Shown: positions 1 through 8,741 of the stretch, in pieces | Layout: each line of letters begins with the position of its first letter | Position numbering within the stretch: position 1 is the first letter of the stretch | NCBI GenBank assembly: GCA_965228475.1 | Contig: OZ245817.1 | Span: 4,384,001-4,448,000, forward strand | Length of the DNA: 64,000 nucleotides | Direction of reading: 5' to 3' | DNA from: Myxococcota bacterium | GTDB taxonomy: Bacteria > Myxococcota_A > UBA9160 > JAFDDA01 | Notes under the pieces: model-generated | The model's database searches: none | What the model saw: only the letters and a program-made list of their open reading frames with translations | Told to the model about the DNA's origin: nothing | Translations under genes and position numbers: made by a program

Positions 1-159
1 CAGCTCTCCGGCGGGGGGCACTTCACGCCACGCAACGCCGCAAGCAGGGCAGAAGACGAAAACGCGCCCCCCGACAAGGTCTCTGGCGAAGAACAACCCA
101 CCGATGCCTACGCAGACGGGACACGAACCAGCCGAGTGAATCTTACCCTTGGGACTCAT
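1..159 (-). CDS. Probable first integron gene-cassette ORF (3' truncated by window edge); small double-CxxC protein
   Basis: Hand translation from ATG at 159: MSPKGKIHSAGSCPVCVGIGGLFFARDLVGGRVFVFCPACGVAWREVPPAGEL..., open to position 1; starts 17 nt after a GTTRRRY core; not in the ORF track. Confidence 0.6.
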   Translation of the reverse strand, partial: MSPKGKIHSAGSCPVCVGIGGLFFARDLVGGRVFVFCPACGVAWREVPPAGEL

Positions 160-176
160 GAGATCATCGTGCCGCT

Positions 177-200
177 GCCCAACTAGTTTATCGATCGGCC
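177..200 (-). mobile_element. Candidate integron attI recombination site
   Basis: Minus strand reads ggccgatcgataaactaGTTGGGC; GTTGGGC (183-177) fits the GTTRRRY core, with an AT-rich spacer, between the intI stop and a cassette-like ORF. Confidence 0.55.
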
Positions 201-361
201 TCCGAGTCTCTCCCGGAATCAGCCTTGTTCAGTCTAAACCGAATCGCGTGGCAGGGGAAAACACGCGGAGGGGTGCGGGGTTGGGATGGGGCGGCGGTTA
301 TTTGCGGGTGATTGGGTTGAGCGGTTGGGGTTCATAATATGTGCGGGGGTGGGGTCGGGAA

Positions 362-1336
362 TTAGAGGTGGTCCGCGGGGCTGGGGACGGCGGCGGGGCC
401 TCGGTTGAGGACGTGGGTGTAGATCATGGTGGTCTTGGCGTTGCGGTGGCCGAGGAGTTCCTGGACGGTGCGGATGTCGGAGCCGGTCTCGAGCAGGTGG
501 GTCGCGAAGCTGTGGCGCAGGACGTGGCAGGTGACGCGGCGGCCGATGCCCGCCCGGCGGCCCGCCTCGGAGACGGCGCGCTGGAGGCCCGAGCTGTGGG
601 CGTGGTGACGCTGGCGCTCACCCGTTCGGGGGTCGGCTCCAATGCCCTGGCTCGGGAAGACCCACTGCCACTCCCAGAGGGAAGCGGCCCGGGGATACTT
701 CCGCCCGAGCGCGTGGGGGAGGCGGACCCGGCCGAACCCCTTGGCCAGGTCCTGGCGGTGTAGCTCGCGAACGCGCTCGAGGTGCGGGCCGAGCGCCGCT
801 TCGGCGCTGCGTGGGAGGATCGCGGGGCGGTCCTTCCCGCCCTTGCCGTTGCGCAGCGTGATCTGGTGCAACCCGAAGTCGATGTCCCGCACGCGCAGGC
901 GGAGACACTCCATGAGCCGCAGGCCCGAGCCGTAGAGCAAGGTGCCCATCAGGCCGTAGGTCGGGGAGAGGCCGTGGAGCTCCGCCAGGACGAGCCGGAT
1001 CTCCTCCCGCGCCAACACGACGGGGAGCCGCCGCTTCGGCCGCGCACGGACGCGGTCGCGAAGGCCCTCGAGTTCCCGGCGCAGCAGGACGCGGTAGGTG
1101 AAGACGAGCGCTGCGAGTGCCTGGTTCTGGGTGGAGGCCGAGACTTCGCGTTCGGTCGCGAGCCAGTTCAGGAACTCGACGACTTCGTCCGTCCCCATCT
1201 CCTCCGGGTGGCGCTTCTCGTGGTAGAGGATGAAGCGGCGCGTCCAGTGGACGTAGGTCTTCTCCGTCCGCGGGCTGTAGTGGCGGACACGGATGGCGTC
1301 GCGCAGCTGATCGAGGAAACGAGGCGGCTCGCGCAC
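362..1336 (-). CDS. intI: Integron integrase (tyrosine recombinase)
   Basis: [15 protein letters not shown]-terminus; [23 protein letters not shown], integron-specific insertion [45 protein letters not shown] start at 1336 inferred (the 766-aa ORF is over-extended). Confidence 0.95.
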   Translation of the reverse strand: MREPPRFLDQLRDAIRVRHYSPRTEKTYVHWTRRFILYHEKRHPEEMGTDEVVEFLNWLATEREVSASTQNQALAALVFTYRVLLRRELEGLRDRVRARPKRRLPVVLAREEIRLVLAELHGLSPTYGLMGTLLYGSGLRLMECLRLRVRDIDFGLHQITLRNGKGGKDRPAILPRSAEAALGPHLERVRELHRQDLAKGFGRVRLPHALGRKYPRAASLWEWQWVFPSQGIGADPRTGERQRHHAHSSGLQRAVSEAGRRAGIGRRVTCHVLRHSFATHLLETGSDIRTVQELLGHRNAKTTMIYTHVLNRGPAAVPSPADHL

Positions 1337-1370
1337 GTCTGGCCTCGGGGACCAGCGGGGAGAGGAAGCG

Positions 1371-1376
1371 ATTATA
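1371..1376 (-). promoter_or_regulatory. Putative -10 box of intI promoter
   Basis: TATAAT on minus strand about 35 nt upstream of the intI start, in GC-rich context. Confidence 0.45.
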
Positions 1377-1416
1377 GGCAGCGTCGGCCGGCGCGGCGAA
1401 CGCGGAAGGCCCTGCC

Positions 1417-2655
1417 CTACTCCCGCCCGAGCGCGACGTCGCGGCAGATGGCCGGGGCGCGGACGGGGTTGCAGCGGGCCGGGAGGTCGCCGGGCAGGTC
1501 GACGGAGTAGTCCGTGAAGCGCGGGTCCGGGCGGAAGTAGTCCGTGCTCACCCACTGGGCGCCGCTCGCGAGGGCGGCGTCGCGCTGGGTGGTGTCGCCC
1601 GTGCGGGCCTGCTCGGTATCGCCGTCGGCGCGGGTGCGGACGACGTAGCCGGCGGAGACGAGGTCCGGGATCAGGTTCGGGTCGCTGCCCTGGGGGTTGT
1701 TGACCTTGACGAAGGCGGCGTCGGGCTCGCCGGGCGTGCTGTTCGTGAACAGGATGCGGCCTTCGAGGCTCTCGGCGCCGTCGCGGTAGAGGTCCCGGTG
1801 CGCGCCGCCGTTGTCGTGGGCGAACATGACCTTGCCGCGCAGCTTGCCGAGCGTCGGCCAGCCCTTGGTCAAGATCGCATGCTCGAGCGTCGGCGAGGTG
1901 TGGCGCACGTCGTCCGGCAGGATGATCCGGTCCTCGGGGAAGACGGAGAGGATCTCGGCGTCGAGATCCCGGTAGAGCGCCGAATCGAACTTCACCACCG
2001 TCGGCAGGATCGGCACGAAGAAGTCGCTGTCCTTCGCTTCGACGAGGATCAGGATCGGCAGGTGGTTCGGGTTCGCATCGGACCAGGCCTTCACCTGCTC
2101 GAGGCAGGCGACGAAGGTCAGGCACGTGGTGTCGAAGTCCGAGTGCTGGACGTGCAGCACCTTGAAGCCCGGCTCGTCGAGGGCCGGTTCGCCGCTCTCG
2201 ATGTCCTCGCCGATCAGCGAGAGAGCGATGCGCGTCGAGTAGAGGCCGCCTTCCGGGTCCGCGAAGACGTCGAGCTCGATCTGGCGGATGCCGTCGGCCT
2301 CGAACTGAACGGGGAGCGGGTCGTGGCTGTACTGCCAGGCGAGCGCCATGGGGTCGAAGCTCAGGAAGAGATCGAGCAGCGCCTGGCTCGGCTCGATGTG
2401 ATAGCTGTTGTGGCTCCCGATCACCTGGACGTCGTTCAGGCGCAGGCAGAGGTCGGCGATCTTGCGGTTGAAGAAGGCGACCCAGCGCCCGATGGCCTTG
2501 TTCGGAAACAGGTCTTCGACCGTTTCGTAGAGCGCCTGTTGGGCCGGGGCCATGGAGCAGAAGACGTCGTCGCTCTCGGCGCGCGCGGAGGCGGGCACGG
2601 TCAGGAGAAGAGCGGCGAGGGCCAGGACGGGAACGCGGAGCTTCAGCTTGGGCAT
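1417..2655 (-). CDS. Secreted Ca2+-dependent phosphatidylinositol-specific phospholipase C-like protein
   Basis: Signal peptide; [49 protein letters not shown] motifs. Confidence 0.88.
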   Translation of the reverse strand: MPKLKLRVPVLALAALLLTVPASARAESDDVFCSMAPAQQALYETVEDLFPNKAIGRWVAFFNRKIADLCLRLNDVQVIGSHNSYHIEPSQALLDLFLSFDPMALAWQYSHDPLPVQFEADGIRQIELDVFADPEGGLYSTRIALSLIGEDIESGEPALDEPGFKVLHVQHSDFDTTCLTFVACLEQVKAWSDANPNHLPILILVEAKDSDFFVPILPTVVKFDSALYRDLDAEILSVFPEDRIILPDDVRHTSPTLEHAILTKGWPTLGKLRGKVMFAHDNGGAHRDLYRDGAESLEGRILFTNSTPGEPDAAFVKVNNPQGSDPNLIPDLVSAGYVVRTRADGDTEQARTGDTTQRDAALASGAQWVSTDYFRPDPRFTDYSVDLPGDLPARCNPVRAPAICRDVALGRE

Positions 2656-2749
2656 GGCCCATCCTATAAGCAGGCCCCCCAGAAAGAAACGATTTCGTGA
2701 CGGCCGCGTGCAGCTCGCCGGCAGCTCCGAGGCAGCCGGCCCTACCCGC

Positions 2750-3292
2750 TCAGCTCGGCGGCAGGGGCGTCGCGGCCTCGCAGCGCAGGGAGATGTCCTC
2801 GCTCTCGGCGGTCGTCTTGGGGGCGAAGCGGGGCCCCTCGTCGGACTTTCGCGCGTCCTCGCCCCCGGAGACGAACCGGAAGCCGAGGGCGCTGCTCCGG
2901 AAGCGGGCCTCCCCCACCTGCACCTCGCCGCAGTCCGCCCGGCACGAGATCTGCCAGGTGAACACGTCGTCGAGGAGCCAGCGGTTCCCCTTGCCGCCGA
3001 CCTTCTTGGCGCCGGCCAGGTACTCGGGCCCGTCCTCGTAGACGTTGCGCTGCATGGCGACGTAGCGGCCGGAGGTCTCGATCGCCCCGAGCAGCACCGT
3101 CGGCAGCTCGTTGCCCGCCTCGATCAGGGCCGAGACCTTCATCACACCCGTCCGCCCGCACTGCAGGACGAAGCGGTTGCGGGGGTTCGTCGGCGAGTGG
3201 GCGACCGAGAGCACCTCGAGCGCTGCACTCGGGGAAGCGGCGACGAGGGAAGCCAGAAACCAACCGGCGGTGAGCCGTGCGATGTGATTCAT
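2750..3292 (-). CDS. Secreted hypothetical protein
   Basis: Signal peptide ending ASPSAA; four Cys; plausible protein composition. Confidence 0.6.
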   Translation of the reverse strand: MNHIARLTAGWFLASLVAASPSAALEVLSVAHSPTNPRNRFVLQCGRTGVMKVSALIEAGNELPTVLLGAIETSGRYVAMQRNVYEDGPEYLAGAKKVGGKGNRWLLDDVFTWQISCRADCGEVQVGEARFRSSALGFRFVSGGEDARKSDEGPRFAPKTTAESEDISLRCEAATPLPPS

Positions 3293-3607
3293 GGCGGAAT
3301 ACTACGGGTTCCCGGGCCGGTCACCGAACCGACGCCGTTTCGGGCCATCTGGAACGGCGGAACCGGAACGCCGGAACCACAATCCCCACGGGATCCAGGC
3401 AGCGCCGTCCTGACCAGGGGTCCGATCCGGCGCGAACCCCCGAAACAGAACGGCGGCCTCCGTTTCGACGCTGCTCGGTGTCACCCATCGCAGGGCAACG
3501 AAAAATCGAGAGATCCAAAGGTTTCCTCGAAAGCCGATTCTCCCGACGAGAAAGCGCCACCACAAGAGTAGAATGATGGCGCAGTCCGTCTCGCGGGGGG
3601 GGGAGCG

Positions 3608-5725
3608 GTGGCTGAGCCGTCGTCGTTGTTGCTGCTCGCACTCGCGAGCGTCGTCAGTACCTTGCTCGGAGCGCTCCTCTTCCGCGCCTCGCGCATGGAA
3701 TCCATGTGGGCTTTCGCGATGGGTTCGCTGCTCGGGGGCGAAGCCATGCAAGCGGCCGGCTTCCCCGCAGCCGCACTCTTCTTCTGCGCGCTGTCTCCCG
3801 CATTCCTCGTCGCGGGCGGGCTCTTGTTCGCGGGGCGCCGCCTGACGCTGGCCTTCCTCCCGCTCGCCCTCGGCTACGGCGCGCTCCACGGCTGGCTCGG
3901 GCTCGCGGGCCAGGCGGGCCTGGCCAAAGGGCTCGGACTCCTCGTCGAACCGACGGCCCTGGGTGCGACCGCCCTCCTGTGCCTGCGCGAAGAAAAGAAG
4001 CCGGCCGCTGCCGCCCTGATCACCGCGCTCGGCATGGCTTCCTTCGCGGCGACCGAAGGCATCGGCCACGTCTCGGCGCTGCTCATCCCGACGCAGCCGA
4101 CGGGGCTTCCGCGGCTCGCCCTCGGTTTCCTCGCCGCCGGTCTGCTCATCGCCTCCTCGATCCTGCGCTGGCGCGATCTCGGAGAACGAGCGAGGCGACG
4201 CGTGCGCGAAACCCACGACCGCTTCGAAGCGATCGCCTCCGCCGCGCACGACATGATCCTCGAAGTGGACGAAGACCGGCGCATCGCCTGGATCAGTCCG
4301 GGGGTAAGCCGCCTCCTCGACTACCAGCCCGAGGAGCTCGTCGGCGTGGCGCTCGCCGAGAAACTCCATCCCGGCGACCTCGCCATGGTCACGGCACGCG
4401 CCGGCCCCTTCGAAGACGACTCGGTGGGGCTGCTCCCGCCGGTTCGGGTCCGCGCCAAGGACGGCACGTGGCGGCTCCTCGAGGGTTCCCTGCGCGGGCG
4501 CCCGGGCGAGGCCGGCGGCGCGCGCTTCGTCATCATCGCGCGCGACGTGACGGACCGGCTCCGCTTCGAAGAGAGCCTCCGCTCGGCGCGCAAGCACGAG
4601 AGCCTCGCCCTCCTGGCCGGGGGCGTCGCCCACGATTTCAACAACGCCCTGATGGGCGTTCTCGGCGGGGTCGACGAGCTGCGCCAACGCGTCCCGGGCG
4701 ACTCCGCACTGCGCCCGATCGTGGGGGAGATCGAGACCTCCGCGGAGCGGGCCACGCGTCTCACGGACCAGCTCGTGAGCTATGCCGGACGCGGCGCGCT
4801 GCGGCCCGAGACCCTCGACCTCACCGCACTCACCGGAGAGATGTCGAGCCTCTTGAGCCGCACCCTGCCCGAACTCATCTCCGTCGAGTTCAAACCCGGC
4901 GGCGACGCACACGTCCAGGGCGACGGCGGGCGCGTGCGGGAAGCGCTCGTCGCGCTCCTGACCCACGCCCGCGAGAGCGTCACGCCGAACGGCGGACGCA
5001 TCACGGTCACCACCGGCGTCGCCTCCCTCGAAGCCGAACGGCTCCGCGCCATGGTCCTCGGCGAAGACCGCCCGCCCGGAAGTTACGCCTTCGTCGAGGT
5101 CACCGACGACGGGGACGGCATGGACGCCGACGCCCGGGATCGTCTCTTCGACCCGTTCTTCGTCCCACGCACCCAGGGCAGCGGCCTCGGGCCGGCCACG
5201 GTCCTCGGCCTCGCGCGAAGCCACGAGGGCGCGATCGAAGTCCTCTCGAACCATGGCTACGGAACGTCCATCCGTCTGTTCCTGCCCGAGGCGAGCGGCG
5301 CGGCGCTCCTCGTGAACGAACGGAGCCCGCAGCGCATCGCGCCGGAGTGGCGCGGCTCGGGCGTCGTGCTCGTCGTCGACGACGAAGAGCCCATCCTTCG
5401 CCTCGCGCGGCGAACGCTCGAGCCGCGGGGCTTCGAGGTCTGGACCGAGGCCAACGGCCGCGACGCCGTCGAGACCTTCCGGCGCCACCGCGGAGAGATC
5501 CGAGCCGTGGTCATGGACGTGATGATGCCGGAGATGCGCGGCGACGACGCCCTCGTCTCGATGCGCCGCTACGACCCGGACGTGCCCGTCGTCCTCTCGA
5601 GCGGCTGGAACATCGACGAGTGCCTGAAGCGGGTCTCGCGCGACGAGATCGCGGCCTTCCTGCCGAAGCCCTACCGGCACGGCGACCTGCTCGCGTGCCT
5701 GCGGGACGTGCTCGAAACGGAGTAG
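3608..5725 (+). CDS. Membrane-bound PAS hybrid sensor histidine kinase/response regulator
   Basis: Multi-TM N-terminus, PAS (LHPGD...RVRAKDGTW), H-box GGVAHDFNN, G1 DDGDGM, receiver VVDDE/MDVMMP/KP. Confidence 0.9.
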   Translation: MAEPSSLLLLALASVVSTLLGALLFRASRMESMWAFAMGSLLGGEAMQAAGFPAAALFFCALSPAFLVAGGLLFAGRRLTLAFLPLALGYGALHGWLGLAGQAGLAKGLGLLVEPTALGATALLCLREEKKPAAAALITALGMASFAATEGIGHVSALLIPTQPTGLPRLALGFLAAGLLIASSILRWRDLGERARRRVRETHDRFEAIASAAHDMILEVDEDRRIAWISPGVSRLLDYQPEELVGVALAEKLHPGDLAMVTARAGPFEDDSVGLLPPVRVRAKDGTWRLLEGSLRGRPGEAGGARFVIIARDVTDRLRFEESLRSARKHESLALLAGGVAHDFNNALMGVLGGVDELRQRVPGDSALRPIVGEIETSAERATRLTDQLVSYAGRGALRPETLDLTALTGEMSSLLSRTLPELISVEFKPGGDAHVQGDGGRVREALVALLTHARESVTPNGGRITVTTGVASLEAERLRAMVLGEDRPPGSYAFVEVTDDGDGMDADARDRLFDPFFVPRTQGSGLGPATVLGLARSHEGAIEVLSNHGYGTSIRLFLPEASGAALLVNERSPQRIAPEWRGSGVVLVVDDEEPILRLARRTLEPRGFEVWTEANGRDAVETFRRHRGEIRAVVMDVMMPEMRGDDALVSMRRYDPDVPVVLSSGWNIDECLKRVSRDEIAAFLPKPYRHGDLLACLRDVLETE

Positions 5726-5766
5726 CGCGCTCGCTCGCCGCGGGCGCTACTTGCCCGCCGCCGTCT

Positions 5767-6990
5767 CTACTTGCTCGCTGCCGTCGCCAGATCCCACATC
5801 GGCATGTAGACGCCGAGCGCCAGCACCAGGACGATCAGCCCGACGAACACCACGAGCAGGGGCTCGAGCACGTCGCCGACCTTCTTGCTCTCGTGGGCGA
5901 CCTCGCGTTCGTAGAACGAGGCGAGCTGGTTCATCATCCGCGCCGTCTCGCCCGTCTCCTCGCCGACGGCGATCATCTGGAGCGCCAGCGGGCTGAAGAG
6001 CTCGGCGTTCCGCGCAGCCCGCTCGAGGGTCTCTCCGCGCGGGATGGCCTCGGCCATGCCGCGAATCCGCTCGGCGACCCAGACGTTGTCCGTGACGTTC
6101 CCGCCGAGTTTCAAGGATTGGATGATCGGCACGCCGGCCTTGTTCGCGATCGCGAAGGAGCGGGCGAAGCGGGCGATGGCCGCACGCTCCATGAGGCTCC
6201 CGAGGACGGGGATCTTGAAGAGCCTCGAGTCCTTGAACATCCGTCCGCGTTCGGTCTGGAGCGCGTAGCGCGCCCCGAAGAAGCCGGCCGCGGCGGCCAC
6301 GACCATCTGCGGCCACCACGCCACCGTGAAGTCGGAGGTGGCGATCATGATGCGCGTCGCCAGGGGCAGCTCGACGCCGGCGTTGGCGAAAACGTTCGCG
6401 AAGGCCGGCACGACGAAGCGGTTGATGATCGCGATCGCGACCACCACCGCACCGACCACGATCAGCGGGTAGCGGACCGCGCCCTTCACGAGCTGCCGCG
6501 TCTCCTCCTCGGTCTCGTAGAAGCTCGCGAGCTGTTCGAAGGATTCCTCGAGCGTTCCGCTCTCTTCTCCGACCTGCACCACCGAGACGAACAGGTGCGG
6601 GAAGACGTCGGGGTGCCGGGCCAGCGAGGCCGCCAGGGTGCGCCCGCTGCGCAGCGCCTCGTGCACCGTCGAGAGGGTCTCGGTCATCTCGGGCGTGCGC
6701 GCGGATTCGGCCACGCTCAGGATCGAGCGCAGGATCGGAACGCCGGCCCGCGTCAGCGAGTAGAGCTGCCGGGCGAGCATGGCGAGGTCCGTCGAACGCA
6801 TCTTCGTGCGGCGCAGACCCGCGAAGAACGCGCCCACCGAAGTCGATTCGGATCGCGCCGGCTCGATCGAGATCGGGACGATGCCGCCGTCGGCGAGCTG
6901 GGCGGCCACGGCTCCCGGGGAATCCGCTTCGACCAGACCGCTCACGGGCCGGGCGTTCTGGTTGCGCCCCGTGTAGCGGAAGACGCTCAC
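5767..6990 (-). CDS. mshG: MSHA biogenesis inner-membrane platform (GspF/PilC family)
   Basis: RQLYSLTRAGVPI, VGEESGTL, VGEETGE, LEPLLVV..GVYMPMWDL; follows mshE. Confidence 0.88.
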   Translation of the reverse strand: MSVFRYTGRNQNARPVSGLVEADSPGAVAAQLADGGIVPISIEPARSESTSVGAFFAGLRRTKMRSTDLAMLARQLYSLTRAGVPILRSILSVAESARTPEMTETLSTVHEALRSGRTLAASLARHPDVFPHLFVSVVQVGEESGTLEESFEQLASFYETEEETRQLVKGAVRYPLIVVGAVVVAIAIINRFVVPAFANVFANAGVELPLATRIMIATSDFTVAWWPQMVVAAAAGFFGARYALQTERGRMFKDSRLFKIPVLGSLMERAAIARFARSFAIANKAGVPIIQSLKLGGNVTDNVWVAERIRGMAEAIPRGETLERAARNAELFSPLALQMIAVGEETGETARMMNQLASFYEREVAHESKKVGDVLEPLLVVFVGLIVLVLALGVYMPMWDLATAASK

Positions 6991-8741
6991 TGCTCGTCCG
7001 TGGCCCCGGTGCCCGCTTCGGCCGTTTCACCCTGGGGCGCGCTCGGCGCCGCCTCGGCCCCGCTCGCGACGCGCAGGACTTCGTCGATGCTCGTCAGACC
7101 CTGGCGCGCGTAGATCAGCGCGGTGTGTTCGAGCCGCCGGAACCCTTCGGCCTTGCCCGCCGCCCGCGTGTAGCCGGCGACGTCCTCGCGGCGCAGGGCA
7201 TCGGCCATCGTCTCGTTGATGGCGAGCATCTCGTAGACGCCGATGCGGCCTCGGTAGCCGGCGTCGTGGCAGGCGCCGCAGCCCCGCCCGCGGTAGAACT
7301 CGAGCTCCGCCCACTTCGGCCCGGCGAGCTTCGTGACGGCCGCCTTCTCCTGGGCATCGAGCGCCACCGGCTCCCGGCACTCTTCGCACACCCGCCGGAT
7401 GAGGCGCTGCGCGACGATCCCGAGCAGCGAGGTCGCCACGAGGTAGCCCTCGGCACCCATGTCGATCAGGCGCGGCGCGGTCGCGATGGCATCGTTCGTG
7501 TGGAGCGTCGCGAGCACGAGGTGGCCGGTCATGGCGGCGCGCAGGCCGATCTCCGCGGTTTCCTTGTCGCGGATCTCACCGACCATCAGGACGTCGGGGT
7601 CCTGGCGCAGGGCGGCGCGCAGGACGCGGCCGAAGGTCAGGTCGATCTTCGGCTGCACCTGCACCTGATTGACCCGCGCCATGCGGTACTCGACCGGGTC
7701 TTCGACGGTGATGATCTTCGTCTCGGCGTCGTTCAGCTCGCGCAGGCCGGCGTAGAGCGTCGTCGTCTTGCCGCTGCCGGTCGGGCCGGTCACGAGCAGC
7801 ATGCCGTGGGGCCGGTTCAGGAGCTCGCGGAAGATCGCAAGCGCCTCCTTCGGCATCCCGATGTCGTCGAGACCCATGCCGTGGCTCTGGTCGAGGATGC
7901 GCAGCACGACGGATTCGCCGTGCTGGATCGGCATGGTCGAGAGGCGGACGTCGATCGAGCGGTTGTCGACGCGGAGCTGGAAGCGGCCGTCCTGGGGAAT
8001 GCGCTTCTCGGAGATGTCGAGGTGCGCCATGAGCTTCAGCCGCAGCACGAGGGCCGGACCGATCCGGGTCTCCTTCATCACCTCTTCGTGCAGCACGCCG
8101 TCGACGCGCTGCCGGATGCGCAGGAGCTTGTCGTCGGGCTCGATGTGGATGTCCGAGGCGCCCATGCGGATCGCGTCCTCGAAGAGGTGCTGGAGCAGCC
8201 GGACGACCGGTGCGTCGCTCTCGTCGACGTCCTCGGAGAGGCTCGCGAGATCGACGTCGTCGTCCGAGAGTTCCTCGTCGAGCTCGACGGCGAGCTTCTG
8301 GACTTTCTCGTTCTGCCGGTAGACCTTGTCGAGGAAGGCGAGCAGCGAGCTCTCCGTCACGCCGGCCGGGCGGACGACGCGCCCGAGCTGACGCGTGAGC
8401 TCGTCCATGGCCATCACGTCCGTCGGATCGGACATGGCGACGAGGTAGCCGCCGGCGTTCTCTTCGATCGGGATCGCGCGGAATCGCCGCGCGTGGGTCT
8501 CCGGGAGCTTCTTCACGACCTCGACGTCGAGTTCCGCGCTGCGCAGGTCGATCTTCGGGATGGAGAGCTGGGTGCAGAGCAGCTCGATCAGCACCTCCTC
8601 GCTCACGTAGCCGAGTTCGACGAGGGTGCGTCCGAGCTTGCGGCCGGTCTTCTTCTGGGCGGAGAGCGCCTCTTCCACCTGGGCGCTGGTGAGGATTCCC
8701 TGCTTCTCGAGCAGCTCGCCGATGCGGATGCGCCGGCTCAT
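6987..8741 (-). CDS. mshE: MSHA assembly ATPase (GspE/PilB family) with N-terminal MshEN c-di-GMP-binding motifs
   Basis: Walker A GPTGSGKTTT, ASDIHIEP, LRQDPDVLMVGEIRD, tetra-Cys Zn motif; tandem RIGELL..QG/KLGRTLVELG motifs. Confidence 0.92.
   Translation of the reverse strand: MSRRIRIGELLEKQGILTSAQVEEALSAQKKTGRKLGRTLVELGYVSEEVLIELLCTQLSIPKIDLRSAELDVEVVKKLPETHARRFRAIPIEENAGGYLVAMSDPTDVMAMDELTRQLGRVVRPAGVTESSLLAFLDKVYRQNEKVQKLAVELDEELSDDDVDLASLSEDVDESDAPVVRLLQHLFEDAIRMGASDIHIEPDDKLLRIRQRVDGVLHEEVMKETRIGPALVLRLKLMAHLDISEKRIPQDGRFQLRVDNRSIDVRLSTMPIQHGESVVLRILDQSHGMGLDDIGMPKEALAIFRELLNRPHGMLLVTGPTGSGKTTTLYAGLRELNDAETKIITVEDPVEYRMARVNQVQVQPKIDLTFGRVLRAALRQDPDVLMVGEIRDKETAEIGLRAAMTGHLVLATLHTNDAIATAPRLIDMGAEGYLVATSLLGIVAQRLIRRVCEECREPVALDAQEKAAVTKLAGPKWAELEFYRGRGCGACHDAGYRGRIGVYEMLAINETMADALRREDVAGYTRAAGKAEGFRRLEHTALIYARQGLTSIDEVLRVASGAEAAPSAPQGETAEAGTGATDEQ

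Noticed and set aside
1339..1355. LexA/SOS box upstream of intI
   Set aside because: CTG...CAG spacing is N11 and GC-rich, not CTGT-N8-ACAG
362..2662. 766-aa ORF suggesting an N-terminally extended integrase
   Set aside because: The first ~440 aa are an Arg/Pro-rich off-frame read of the PI-PLC gene; integrase similarity starts at 1336
1337..3292. PI-PLC and the 180-aa gene as integron cassettes
   Set aside because: No RYYYAAC...GTTRRRY attC-like palindromes seen in the spacers; host-like codon usage
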